Counted from the first letter of the stretch, positions 49,450 through 64,000 are shown. The stretch is 64,000 bases of DNA from Selaginella moellendorffii (GCF_000143415.4 NW_003314307.1:1423002-1487001), one strand, 5' to 3'. Notes: generated from the sequence alone by a model not told the origin. Numbers and translations are program-made.

Positions 49450-51135
49450 ATGAAGATGGACACAGTTGCGCTCCAGGCCATGATCCGGAGCTGTGGCCAC
49501 GCCAAGGATTTGGCGCAAGCGCGCCGGCTCCACGCCTTGGTCGTCCAGCAGCACCAAAATCAAGATCACCAGCAGCAAGTGCGCTTCCACTTGAACCTCC
49601 TCATGGAAATGTATGGCAAGTGTGGAAGCGCCGACGATGCGGCGGCCATCTTCTCGACCCTGCCTCGCCCCAATCTCTTCTCCTGGACAATCCTCCTCAC
49701 GGCATTTGCCAGAAACGGGCATGTCCTGCAGGCGCGAGAGGTGTTTGACGCAATGCCCAGGCGCGACATTGTGGCCTGGAACGCGCTTCTTGCAGCATCT
49801 TCGTCTACAGATCGCCTTGAACAAGCTGAGAAAGTTCACTCGAAAATGCCGCATTGGAACGCATCTTCATGGAATGCCCTCGTTGCAGCAAATGCCGAGG
49901 CTGGGCATTTGTCTCAGGCAGCAAAGCTGCTCCACGCTATGCCCCAGCCGAACACGATCTCCTGGACAGTTATGATGGGAGCCTACGCGCGCGCCGGGAT
50001 AACGGATCTCTCTGTGGCCATCTTTGACGAGTGCATTCCCTCGGGGCGCGACGTGGTGGCCTGGAACGCACTGGTAATGGCATATGCCGCGGCGGGGCAA
50101 GACGGGCATGCCGCGCGGACCTTCGGCTGCATGCCGTGGCACGACCAGGTGGCCTGCAACGTCATGCTGCACGCCCACTGCGCGGCGGGCAGGATGGGCG
50201 ACGCCGCGCGCTTCTTCCACACGGCCATGCTGACGCACGACACGGTGTCGTGGAACGTGCTGCTGCACGGGTATGTGCGGCTGGGTCAGCTGGAGGATGC
50301 CCAGCGGGTGTTTGACGCCACGCCGCGCAAGGACGCCGCGTCATGGACCGCCATGCTTACCGCCTACGGCTCTGCGGGGCGCGTGGATACCGCACGGCGT
50401 CTGTTCGACGCCATACCGCGCGGCACGCGGACTGTCATCACCTGGAACTCGATGCTCGGCTTCTTTGCCGACAACGTCGCCACCTTCACGTCCTTCCGCC
50501 AGAGGATGCCCGCTTGGGATACAACCACTTGGAACGTCACTGTGGCTGCGCTTGCTCGCGCTGGACAGCTCCAACAAGCAATGGAAATGTTTGAATCGAC
50601 ACCACAAAAGAACCAGCTCTCTTGGAATGCTGTTGTTGCAGCAAATGCCCAAGCCGGGCATCTGAATAAAGCCGAACAGTTTTTGGCTCTCGCCCCGGCT
50701 CCCACTACTAACACCTGGAATGGCCTTATTGCCGGCTATGCCCGCCACAGCCACACCACTACCGCGTTCCACCGCTTCCGTGACATGCTACTGTGCGGCA
50801 TACCGCCCGATAACATTACCTTTGTGTGCTTGCTGGTGGCATGCAGCCACGTCGGGCTTACCGCCGCGGCATGCCGGCTCTTCCGCTCCATGCAAACCGA
50901 CTGGCAAATCACTCCCACGCCCGACCACCACAGCTGCATTGTCGATAGCATCGCGCGATCCGGCCAGCTTGTGCTCGCACAAGAACTTGTCGAGTCACTC
51001 CCGCAGTATCGCCCATCAGTCGTCTCGCTTGTATCCGCCACGGCCATGCATTGTGACGACAAAGTCTTACAGGGCGTCTTGTCACGCTCCGCTTTCTCTC
51101 CTATCTCCTATTATTCAACATATATGTCAGTATGA
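49450..51135 (+). CDS. PLS-class pentatricopeptide repeat protein with short motifs; no DYW domain
   Basis: Intronless ORF with repeated D/N-x-x-[SA]-W-[NT] motifs, MYGKCGS, ITFVCLLVACSHVG, HHSCIVD. Confidence 0.9.
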   Translation: MKMDTVALQAMIRSCGHAKDLAQARRLHALVVQQHQNQDHQQQVRFHLNLLMEMYGKCGSADDAAAIFSTLPRPNLFSWTILLTAFARNGHVLQAREVFDAMPRRDIVAWNALLAASSSTDRLEQAEKVHSKMPHWNASSWNALVAANAEAGHLSQAAKLLHAMPQPNTISWTVMMGAYARAGITDLSVAIFDECIPSGRDVVAWNALVMAYAAAGQDGHAARTFGCMPWHDQVACNVMLHAHCAAGRMGDAARFFHTAMLTHDTVSWNVLLHGYVRLGQLEDAQRVFDATPRKDAASWTAMLTAYGSAGRVDTARRLFDAIPRGTRTVITWNSMLGFFADNVATFTSFRQRMPAWDTTTWNVTVAALARAGQLQQAMEMFESTPQKNQLSWNAVVAANAQAGHLNKAEQFLALAPAPTTNTWNGLIAGYARHSHTTTAFHRFRDMLLCGIPPDNITFVCLLVACSHVGLTAAACRLFRSMQTDWQITPTPDHHSCIVDSIARSGQLVLAQELVESLPQYRPSVVSLVSATAMHCDDKVLQGVLSRSAFSPISYYSTYMSV

Positions 51136-51246
51136 TAATTGTCCAAACGCTACAAACCACCATAGCTGTGCTAGCTAGCTCACTAGCATCACTGGAAATA
51201 TATCCACATTCCACTACTATCGCGTCGCTCACTCGATCGATCGCCT

Positions 51247-54200
51247 CTAGACAGTGTAGGCCTGCTGGATGGTGTTGATGTCCAAACCTTTCAACCTCAC
51301 TACAGATTCGACGTGACCCTTTAAAGTGTGAAGCTCTCTCAACCTGCATCCGCGGCTTAGCCTTGACACACAAAAAACAAAGGAAAAACAGAAAAGTACC
51401 TTGCAATCTCGGCTCTCCTTAAAGCCTGCTCGGCCATGTCTGACGTCTCTTTGTGAGTACCCTTCTCGGGTATCTTGAAGTCCGGTGGCTGGAGCCCGTG
51501 TAGAGTTCGTTGCGCCTGAGCCCACTTCACTTCCCGAGCCTCCCTTCCGAAGTCTTTTTGGCGCGTAAAAGCAGTCTGGAACACACCAAAATGGAAATAG
51601 TCAGTCTCCCGCCAGGCAAAGGTATAACACTACTTACTCTTTGCTCGAATAGAAGCTCCCATGCTCTGCCACTTAGTATGTAACGCACAGCGAACTTGAT
51701 AACATCCAGAGGGAAGTAGAAGACGATGTTGTATAGCCATATAACACCGGCCCAACCCCAGCCAATTCCCTCCACAAAGGCAAAGCCCCAGTTGGCGTAC
51801 ACGGCAATAAAAGTCGCAATCTGACAATAACATCGCTCGCTCAATCCGAACCAAAATCAAAATTGTGTAACTTACCAGCTGGGCAATAAGAAACGCCACA
51901 ACGAGAAGAAATCCAGGCCTTTCCATGAAGGACCAGCTTCTCGACCTCGTGACGAAAATCAGAGCCTGGCTTACGATACTAACTTGCAAATAGATGGCCG
52001 AATGCATTTTGTTGGCATCGCTTCCAATGTGAGGAACGTGGAAATGGTCCTAAAAGAAAAGAATTTAGCATTGATACTGAAACACAAGTCTACTTACAGG
52101 GAAAAAGGTAGTCTGGTCTGCCAGCCAGTAGAAAATGACTGTCATAAGCGCAAGGTAACTGCCGATCACAACTCCTGTCGCAAAAATCTCCGAGAGCTTC
52201 CAACTGTCAGGCAAAGGAGATGGTTTCACTCTGTCCTTGGAGATGGTCATGATTGTGCCTGCCCAGCAACAGCAAGGTCATAGACAGCGAAGAGAAATCT
52301 TTTACGTACCATCGTTCAATATTGCAATGATTAGCACCATGAATGGGGGAAAATCGAACTTCCATATCAACGCCAGCAGCATAAAACCAAGCTAACGAAG
52401 AAAAACATGTGTATCAAAATCCTTTGAAACAAAGAAAAGTGCATACTTACCACTATCCTTATAGTGATGGATACGGCATAAATCTGTAAAACCACACATA
52501 AGCTAACAAGAGATCATCGAATGTATCAAAACTTACAGTATAGTTCTTCATCCTCTGAAAAATCGCGCGACTTGTTAGCACGGCGCTTATTATCACGCTC
52601 AGGCCAGGTTCTGTCAGGACTATATCTGAAGCACCCCTTGCTGCATCTGTTGCATCTGCCACTGCAATTCCTATATCTGCCTTCTTCAGAGCAGGCGCAT
52701 CATTGACACCATCACCAGTCATTCCACATATATGCTTCTTCATTTGCAAACGCTTTACTATCTCGTACTTGTGCTCTGCACATGAGAAAGGTAACATAGT
52801 TGGCTTCAGCAAATAACAAGATTACCTGGAAATACCCCCGCAAATCCATCGGCTTTTTCAATCAGTTCGTCAATTGGCAATCCTTCAAATGCCTCCCCTT
52901 TGCTTTGTCCAAGAAGCGAAGATGACGGATACATGTTAGTGCCCATGCCAAGACGTCGGCCAGTTTCTTTTCCAATAGCAAGCTGGTCCCCTGACGGTAG
53001 TGACACGTAAAAAACCAGCACCAGAATGCTCAAGAACAGACGTACCAGTTATCATCTTTACGTTGACCCCAAGATTCAGGGCCCTACGAATAGTCTCGGC
53101 GCTGTCATGCCGAGGAGGATCAAACAAAGGCATTAAGCCTACAAATTGCCATGGACCCCCTGGACTCTCTTTGTTGCCCTCGGGAACGTCCTGTAAGTAC
53201 ATATGCTGTTAGCAGCCAACAGTCCAACATTCCATTACCTGGCATGCGACTGCAAGAGAGCGAAGGCCACGCTCAGCAAATTTGTCAATGACGGCGTGCA
53301 CCCTTTGAGCAATCTCAACCTTATTGTAAGAAAGATCTAATATCTGCATATAAGCCCACGGCTTAGAGCTGCAACCAAACAAAATAGAGAAAACACCTGC
53401 TCGGGTGCGCCTTTGCTTGCTCTGTGCATCTTCCCGTCAGAGTCAATATAAGTCAGAGCAGTACGCTTATCCGTAGGATTAAATGGAAGAAAGTGAACTT
53501 CCTCAATACCAGCACGGGCCTAAGCAGTTTACATCATAAGAAAACAGTAGGAAACAAAACCGATAACGTACCTCTTTTGGATCAGCAAGCGTACCGACAA
53601 CAGCTGCGTCAATGGCATCTTGATTTTCCATCCTTGACGCTCTAGCAGCAAGTAGCAAAACGTAATCTTTGTCGTATCCTTTTGCAAAAACCTGTGCAGA
53701 ACGAACACAGCACTTAAAAACGTTCAGTCTTGGATAAAACTTAAGTACCTCCACGAGATTCTTGTCGACGGTTAGCTTATTCAAAGTTAAGGTGCCGGTC
53801 TTGTCACTGCAAAGGACATCCATTCCTGCCATCTCCTCTATTGCAGTCATTCGCTTAGTAATAGCACCCTGACCAAACACATGCCCATTGTCAGCATTCC
53901 TGATCACTAGCTTCTTACCTGCTGCGCAAGCCGGTGAGAGCCAATTGCCATTGTCACGGAGAGAACAGTGGGCATAGCGATGGGGATGCCTCCAATCAAA
54001 AGTACCAGCAGGTTGTCAATCCCGGACCTGTAGGTTCTATGTTGGATGGGGTACATTACTATAAGTTCGATAACCATTCCAATCGCAATGGAGCATATGC
54101 AGAAGTTTCCGATTGCTGTAAGAACCTGCGAGAGAAAGAAAACAATGAAAAAACGATTTTAGAGAGAAAAAAAAACATAAAAAGGAAAGGATATTACCTT

Positions 54201-55260
54201 CTGGAAATGACCGACTTGATTTGTAGTGTCTACCAGATGTGCAGCCTTTCCAAAGAAAGTGTGAACCCCCGTCCCTATCACAACTGCCTCAATCTCTCCT
54301 TGCTTGCATGTCGACCCCGAGTAAACTTCGTCGCCAGGATACTTGGTAACAGGTAGAGATTCGCCTGTAAGCGCGGACTGCAAGTCAAAAACATGCGCAA
54401 ACCATTAGAGTCGTAAGGTGACGTTTGTTCTGCGTACCTGGTCTATTTTGAGAGGGTCTCCTTCAAGTAAACGGGCGTCCGCTGGAACGATATCTCCCAA
54501 CTTGATGCTTACAATGTCACCGGGAACTAAAATACTGGCATCCTGCTCGCCCCATCGACCGTCTCGCAACACCTGAAAGAAACATAGAAGAGAAATAGAA
54601 AGGACAAGAAAGTCACGAGCTGCTTAAGACAGAAAGTACAACTAAACTATGCTTACCTTAGTCTTTGGTGCAAGACGCGCCATTAAGGCCGCCGCCGCAT
54701 TTCCAGCGTTGTTTTCTTCAATGAAGCTTATGGTTGAGTTAATGACGAGCAATGCTATGATCCCAACGAAGTCTTGCCAGTCGGGCGGCCGATTCTGTCA
54801 AGGGCGGCATACATATCAAGCAGGCTAGAAACAAGACAGTACTCACGTCTCCGTTAGCGAGAGCTATGGCCATCACTGCTGCAGCTTCCATCACCCAAGA
54901 CAAAGGATTCCACATGAATCCCAGGAACTTAAAAAACTTGCTCTCCTGCAATGCAAAGTGCCAGTTATATTCCTCATCACTTGGTGTTAAGAGGCATGCT
55001 ACAAACCTGCTTCTCCTCTAGCCTGTTATGACCAAAAATTTTGAGGCGCTCCTCGCCCTCTTCGCTCGTCAGACCTTTCCTCGTGCATCGCAGTTGATCA
55101 AAGACCTCCTCAATGGGAATGTTTTCCTGGCAGCAGCAAACCAAAGAGATTATCGATTTTCCATCACCCCAGAGGAAAGATTTCCTACCAGATCAACGGC
55201 CTCCTTGTTAATGGCCTCGAGCATTGCAGCCTTGCTGGGCTTCTCTACGTCGTTCTCCAT
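51247..55260 (-). CDS. AHA: Plasma-membrane P3A-type H+-ATPase with penultimate-Thr C-terminus
   Basis: [58 protein letters not shown]-terminus IQQAYTV*; about 20 short introns. Confidence 0.97.
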
Positions 55261-56565
55261 TCTCCGTGAAAAGCAAGCCCCAAAATCACCTCAATTTCTT
55301 CGGGAGATCGGTGCCACGATTCAAGCTTTATCTCTGCCGCCTAGGCGCCGCAGAGGCGCCGTGCGAGCGGAGGGGCGATTCCGAGCGGCGATTCCCAAAT
55401 ATTCTAACTAGCTGCTTAGCTCGATGCGAGACGCGGCGCCGCAGATCGGCATCCAGTGCATGGCCGAGACAAAGAAATCCTCCAGTAGCGGCTCGAGCAG
55501 CAGCCAGAGCTTGCGCGCATTGGAGGAACCCTGCTGCTGCCTCCCTCAATTGAAAAGCCTGACACCCAGTGCCGGATCCAACGGCCAGGATTCTTCGCGA
55601 TTGCAGGCCGGAATGGCCAGCAGATACGGAATGCACGGTCGGCCGGGATCAGGCGCACTCACACGCACACGAACCAGAGCAAAAGTGGGATATAGCCTAT
55701 AGCATCCAGCTAAAATGCCCACTACTCCAGCTAGCTGGCTCCTCCGCTAAAACCCGCGCCGCCTCCATATCTGGCCGGACGCGCCCTTGGAGGCCCAGCG
55801 AGATAGCGGTCGATCCAGCAACTACACCGCCACGCCGCTACATCTAGCAACGCAAGTCGTTAAAGGAAGAAGACTGAGGTGAGGTACGTACCTTCTTCTT
55901 AAAAGGCAGGCCACCAAACACCAAACAAATTGTTCCATCCTCCAATCGCCATGTAGGCTATGGTCCACGCCATGCCATGCCATGGCATCCCATTTCTTAC
56001 ATCTGTTTCTTGTTGACTTGTCTCCTCTCGTACTTGTGCGTGTCCTCCGTGCGTCCGGCCCGTACTTGACCGTGCATGGCATGGCATGTGTATGGCCATG
56101 ATGCCCATGTGCATGGCCATGTGCCGCATTCCCTGTCCTAACGTTACTGTCTGGGTGTAATCGATTAATATGCTCTCCTTTTGCTTTCGTTTGAAAAGAA
56201 GGGAAGACGATAGGGAGAAGGATTGACCCGAAATTTTTCACGGTCTCGCATATTAAATGAGAGAGCAGGAAGAGACGTCGCAGACAACACCACGGGCTTT
56301 GTCTGACTGCCGCTTCTAGAGGATGGGACGAATTACCTCTTTAATTTATATGATGATACTTATGCCCAGCCAGGGCAACTACGTGGTTGGCAGCATTGCA
56401 CGACCGGCGATGACAATGCCCCAGCGAGGCAATCACGCAATAGCACCAGCCAGCCAGCCCTGGTGGAATGAGGTGCCCATGATAATACCCCCGCCCCACC
56501 TCACCCACATTCGCGCCTGGATGCCGTTCAAGCGCCGGGGCTAGGGTTTATCCAAGATCTGGGCT

Positions 56566-57697
56566 ATGGCTGCCGCATTGGCGGGCGCTTGCGTGGTGCC
56601 GGCGGAGGCAGCGGCGATCCGGCGGAGCGGAGCTGTGGAGTTGAGGCCGCGAGAGAGATTTGTTGTGGAGCAGCAGCAACGGATATGGCGGGCGGCGACG
56701 AGCGGCAGAGAGCAATGTAGGTCAGGTGTGCGCATCAGGGCGGCCAAGAAAGTGGAGACCGGGCGATCCTTGGTGATGAGCTCCACTCTGGTTGCCGAGG
56801 AGGGCAAGGAGGAGGCGGTGGTGGATTTGTGCAAGGGGGTTCTGGATTGGGCCAGCGAATGCCAGGTATTTTTTGGAATTCTAGTATGGATTTGGCTGAT
56901 TGCTTTTGGCGTTTCCTTGATTCGATAGAAGAGCGACAAGGCGTGTGGCGTCCTCCAGTTTGAGTGCAAGGCCGATTTGCAGGAGAAGAATGTGTACCAC
57001 TTTTGGGAGCGATACGAATCGTTTCTGCATCTCACGACGTTCCGAGGTTCTCCAGAGCACGTCAAGTTCATGAAGGACGTAAGCTAGTTCTCCTTCTCTT
57101 TCACTTACGTCCATCGCCATCTCCATCTCTGGTTTTGATGGATTCATGTGCTTGCTTGCTCCCAGGTGAGACCGCTGCTCAAGAAACCAATCGGCCTCGT
57201 TGCGTACGAGTACAAGGACGGGCAGATCGGGCACGCGCGTGTTCTCATCGGTAAACTCCTTCCTTTGTATGGAACGCATGGAGATGGAACGATCCAGTGG
57301 ATTGATGGCAGGGCCCAAAGGCGAGGGTGGCTTGGACGATGCAACCGGCCAAGGCAAGCAAACATCCAGGCTCATCGCTCCAGGCGACACATACGACGAC
57401 AGCCGCGAGGACTGGGGGCTCAAGGAGGCGCTGGAGGCCAAGAAGAAGCAAAAGGCCAAGCAGTGGGAAGCTATGGAGCGGCAGAAGCAAGCGTTCCTGG
57501 CGCGGTCGCAGAAAGGCAAGGACGAGGACGAGCCATTGTCTCCCGAGGAGGCGGCGCGGCAGAAGAAGGCCCTGGCGGAGATCTTGGGCCGCTTCGAGGC
57601 GGAGAAGGCCGCCAAAGCGGCGCAGGAGAAGGAGAATCCCGGCGGCGCCGCTGGTTGGGGAGATGGTATCAAAAACTTGTTTGGTCTCAAGAAATAG
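56566..57697 (+). CDS. Putative plastid-targeted ABM (dimeric alpha-beta barrel) domain protein with charged C-terminal extension
   Basis: Transit-like N-terminus; STLVAEEGKEEAVVDLC...GVLQFEC...NVYHFWERYES...HVKFM | VRPLLKKP; four exons with in-phase introns. Domain call is inference. Confidence 0.7.
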
Positions 57698-57758
57698 AAA
57701 CTTGGCGCCACGGTTTAAAGATGTGGTTTTAGGGCTTTTCTAGGGTTCTTGAAAAGCT

Positions 57759-59271
57759 ATGGAGGAGGAGGCTGCATTGACGGAGCAGGAGACGGCCGTG
57801 TACGATCGCCAGATTCGTGTGTGGGGCGTCCAGGCGCAGAGAAGGTGGGAAGATTTTCGTCATTCGCACTGATCGGCGGCATTGCCTTTCTCCAGGCTGA
57901 GCAAATCTCGAGTGCTTGTGGCTGGATTGACTGGTGTCACAGCGGAGGTACCAAAATCTCTCTCTTTTCTCTGTGAAACTGTGTGTGCTGGATCAGGCAT
58001 GCAAGAATCTGGTCCTAGCGGGAATTGGAAGCCTCGTTGTGCTGGACGACAGGCCGGCCGTGTTTGATCCTTGTTCTTCCACATTTCTGGTGTGCCATGA
58101 CCACAACGCTTCCACTGACGAGAACAAGTCCGTTGCCGAGGTCTGTGCTGCCGCTCTTCGAGATTTCAACCCAATGGTCGACGTCACGAGTGCTCAAGGT
58201 ACTGCTGCTCAACAGTTCTTCCTCTCAAGTGTTTTTGTTTTCTCTCGTAGGCACTTCAGTGATGGATGTGGATAACTACGACGTTGTCATCCTCAACCGT
58301 GCCGCTATCAAAGACAAGGTGTGTGTGTTTACTTTTCTGTTTGATTCCCCTCCTTTTGCTCTACTTTCTTGGATGCCTTTCTTGTCATTCCTCTGATTAC
58401 TGTTTGTGTTTCTGTTCACAGAGGAGAATTAATGAGCTGTGTCGCAGATCGGCTCACAAAGTTTCCTTCTACACTGTCGACTGCATTGGTTCGCGGGGGG
58501 AAATCTTTGTCGATTTGCAGACCCATACTTACACTTCCAAGGTTTTCATTCTCCACTTTTTTTTCTTTTTATTTTTTGTCACAAATGTGCTTTGGCCTTT
58601 TCTTTTACTTGGCTGACAGGCTGCGGCGGATGCTGCCGAGAGTTGCGAGCTTACAAAGAAGTTCCCAAGCTTTGAGGTGAGACCTTGTTTCCTGGATCAT
58701 AAAACTGGTACACAATGTAAGCATGTAGGACGTATCAAGCGTTCCGTGGAACTGCCTTCCAAAGAGGATAAGTAAGCTCTTCTTTGCAATGCGAGGTAAG
58801 GGGCGCTCATTCATGTTGGGCTGGGTTCGCAACTATAACTTTGCTGGCCAGTCCTCGAAGAATTTGTTCAGGCGACGGGACGGCAAGCCGGCCCCGAAAA
58901 TCTTCCGGAGCTGCTCGCGTTGCGAACGCAAATGTGCAGCAAACAGGTGGTGGTGGTTTCGTGTATTGCGGAAGCAAAAGCTAACCTCCGCGATGGTTTT
59001 AACAGGGCGTGGCCGACTCGTTGATCCCGGAAAGCCTTCTCGCGGGGCTGGCTGGCGCGGACGGCACGGAGTTTCCACCGGTGTCTGCGATTCTGGGAGG
59101 CATCCTCGGCCAGGCAAGCCGCTCCTCTTCTCTTCCTTGTTTCCAAAGCGCTAAACTAAATCGCTACAGGAAGTGGTCAAGGCTCTGTCTGGCAAAGGAG
59201 ATCCTTTGCGAAGCTTCTTCTACTTCGACACTGACGACGGCAAAGGAATCATCGAGGAGATAATCAGTTAG
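57759..59271 (+). CDS. SAE1: SUMO-activating enzyme subunit 1
   Basis: LTEQETAVYDRQIRVWGVQAQRR | LSKSRVLV..., CKNLVLAGIG, DFNPMV, FPPVSAILGGILGQ | EVVKALSGK...FFYFD; last intron is GC-AG (59114-59169). Confidence 0.93.
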
Positions 59272-59386
59272 ATCGATTACACGCACACCCATTTGTTTAG
59301 GGTTGGGGTACCTCTTTGGATCCTGGCAAGGCATGTAGTCACGATTCCACTCGCTGTCCCTAGCTTTGCGGGCGGCCTGGCACTAG

Positions 59387-61360
<1,974 letters not shown>

Positions 61361-62468
61361 ATACCTTTTCTTTTTGTTGTATCGATTGTTCTCTATTTAT
61401 GTCACACCTGACGGCCAATTCTCCAGGAAGCTACAGGTTCCTTGTTTCTGGAAAACAATGTCATGAAACATCCAAATGAAAGCAAATTCTACTCAATAAA
61501 TTCTTCAAAAAGACCCTGCAAAAAGGAAAGAAGGAAACTAGGCACGAGAGTTCTCACCTGCGAAACCAATGGTTCTACTTCTGAACGTTAATCAAATGTA
61601 TCGAGTTCCGAATCAGCGAGATAAACTGATCCACGTTTCTAACGTTCTCCAAAACTCTCACTTGGTGACAAGTCCTGCATAGATGAATAAGTAAGAACAA
61701 GGTTTCCAGCTAAACATGAAAGGACATACCACTGAAAGATCAAGATCAATCCACCGAGTTGCCATCGTAGTCTTCGAGCTGTTTGAGCTCGATGGTGCTG
61801 GAAAGAATAGATCAGAAGACGTTTTTGTATGAAAGAAACCAAGAAAAAAAAACGGAAGCTCGCTTATTACGAAGAATGCTCATGTGATGCATGATTCCTG
61901 AACCCTAAACCCTCTGAAAAAATCCACATTTTTGGTGGTTTGAGCGTCCAATCCTTCTCCATGCATTTCCTGTCTAAATTCCTCACAGATCGGACAAAGA
62001 GGAATCGAGAGGCAAACGCGAGGGGCAAACGCGGCAGGCTGGAAAATCGCATCACTTGCGTCAACTGGCCTCGAGCTGGTCAAAATGCTCGTTTGTCTCG
62101 ATCAAAACTTGCTCAAAGAGATCATTCTGCAAAAGTGTCGGTGTAAGAAGACGATCTAGAAGCTCACATTGAACCGCAACAATTGATCTTCCTCAGTGTG
62201 CAGGAGCTCAAAGCACAGCTGTGTATAAATCTAATCCTCATCCAGAGGAAACGAAATGAAATAATGATATCATTCCCCACTGTTATCAGTGTGAAATTAA
62301 GATTATCATTTGAAGAATATTTCCTAGAATCTTTCAGAAACTTTCAAATATGCCAAAATCATTTTACAAAACAAAACGACATATCCTAAGATGGCCTAAA
62401 TAAACATGTAGCCTTTTTAGTAAACTTAAGCCATAAAGATCAACGGTGCTAAACCTAGGATTGAGGCT

Positions 62469-64000
62469 ATGGCGGGTGATGAAGAAATGGAAGAGCTTGT
62501 GGTGTTCATTGAAGACATAGATGGGGCAGAGGGTCATGAATTTCACCTTTCTGATGGTAGAGTGGACGTAGATGCGGTTCTGCGGGTGTTCTCGGCTACC
62601 TCCATCTCCGTGAAGCACGAGGAGCCACCAAGGGTCCGATGGAGGGCTCTTCAACCAAGAAAAGAAGATGGTCTCAGCACAGCAAAATTCCAGACTGGAT
62701 CTTCTCATGTCATTCGTCCCACAAGAGGTGTGCTACTTTCTTTTTAGGATGGCTTCGGTTTCTACTTAGTGGTTGATGTGCGTGATGTTCTTATAGTCGC
62801 TTTTCGTGCTTGGCTAGGGCGGGTTCTTGACTATGACCACTCATTGATTGGGTATGCGTTCTTTCTTTGGTCTTCTCGAGGGATTTTGGCTGTCGTCGTT
62901 TGCCTGGTGATCTGGCTATGGGGTAGTGGCGTTGTACCTGGTGGTTTGCTGGGAGCTATGGGTGATATTGGCTCCTCGTGTTGATGAGTTTGATCTTGGT
63001 TGAAGGTTTTGTTTTGTTTGTATTCACATGTTATGACAATTCCCTTGTTTCTGTTACAGCCCTACCTGTGACATCCCTCAAAGCTGCTAGGTCAGGTAAG
63101 CAGTTGCTTTTGTAGCTGTGTCAACTCTGTTATGCTTTTTGTTGCCTTGCTGACGACCTGAGCTTTATTTTCAGGTGCCCAAATCTGTGAGGTGCTGAAT
63201 CGCCTATTCTTTGACGATCTGTGGGACAATAGACAACGAATGGGCATGCCACCAAGGCGTCAGCCGGGGGCGCGGTTGCCTCCAGTACTAGAAGATACAG
63301 GCCCCTACTTCACGTTGAAGGGGCGGACCGAGACGCTCAAGCATCTCATCTTGTCGGCTGGGCGGATTTTTGCGACTTTCATGAGCACGCAAGACTCGCT
63401 TGACTACTTTCTGCGGAGGGATTTCATTATGATGGTCGTGGGGTGCCCAGGTGTGGGAAAGACAACCGTGGGTAGCTGCCTGTCGGAGCTGTTGCTAGAG
63501 TACTGGCTGGCGAACAAGGACAATCCCGAGTTCAATCAGGAGCTGGGGGAAAGTCTCAGCGACGATCTCCTTGACGCTTTTAAGGAGATGATATCCAACG
63601 TTGTACACAGTGGAAAAGACGTCCGCATGTATCACTCTCTAGAGACGGCACAGAATGGGCAGCTTATGCAACGTGAGGATGGTCTTTACTACGAGCAGAT
63701 TATGGCTTTACGGTGCCTTCATGCGGCTGTTAGTCGGATGGGTACACCAACATATGACGCATTCCTCCAAAAACTAGACAAGGGAGCTCCAGGTTTGAAG
63801 CATCAGTTGAGGCTCGACGATGTTATAGCTTTCATCAGGCAGGGTTTGGGCTTTCCTACAGGGCAAAGGATTTTTCTTTCATGGTACTTTGACGAGGCAA
63901 ACAGGGCTTCGAAGGATGGGGAGGCGACGTGGTTACAGCACATGTTTGCTGCATACGTCTCTTGGTTCAAATCCAAGCGTGCCTCGGACACGCTTGTGCT
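62469..64000 (+). CDS. P-loop NTPase gene (Crinkler/CR-NTPase-like) with small N-terminal header; runs off window end
   Basis: In-phase exons 62469-62727, 63060-63095 and 63175->64000 (stop-free, missed by the ORF track). Contains LKGRTETL, Walker A GCPGVGKT (63441-63464) and Walker B IFLSWYFDE (63870-63896). Confidence 0.75.

Noticed and set aside
49434-51178. Many alternative-frame and antisense ORFs over the PPR gene (and similarly over PUB and SRPK)
   Set aside because: Expected shadows of GC-rich coding sequence.
61400-62400. Possible small spliced minus-strand gene between SRPK and the NTPase gene
   Set aside because: A few splice-like signals but no coherent reading frame or recognisable motif.
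62769-62984. Hydrophobic 71-aa ORF
   Set aside because: Lies within the predicted first intron of the NTPase gene, lacks an ATG start, and is explained by T/G-rich composition.

Overview
Eukaryotic plant genomic DNA. The very short (about 45-70 nt) GT/GC-AG introns, dense gene packing and short-motif PLS PPR gene suggest a lycophyte such as Selaginella (inference). The left two-thirds (1 to about 44 kb) is a nested transposon island. It holds two copies of an ORF-less non-autonomous LTR element. Copy 1 carries a solo LTR (TSD ATAAT) and a full-length, stop-riddled Ty3/gypsy chromovirus (TSD CTCCT), whose 5' LTR carries a MITE. The island also holds a decayed Helitron with an inserted 595-bp TRIM whose LTRs contain 5S-rRNA promoter sequence (Cassandra-like), LTRs with internal satellite arrays, and a putative CACTA relic carrying an intron-containing, bacterial-type beta-class N4C/N6A DNA methyltransferase-like gene. 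A U-box/ARM gene, a PB1-TM gene and a Crinkler-type nuclease relic lie inside the island. The right third (44.7-64 kb) is a compact gene block: 2-Cys peroxiredoxin, DUF1195, EXO70A, PPR, plasma-membrane H+-ATPase, ABM-domain protein, SAE1, SRPK, and a Crinkler-like P-loop NTPase gene running off the window. Top candidates for novelty are the transposon-borne amino-methyltransferase-like gene (36.5-38.0 kb), the 5S-carrying TRIM (26.4-27.0 kb) and the Crinkler-like loci. All alignments and motif calls were made by eye; no database searches were run.
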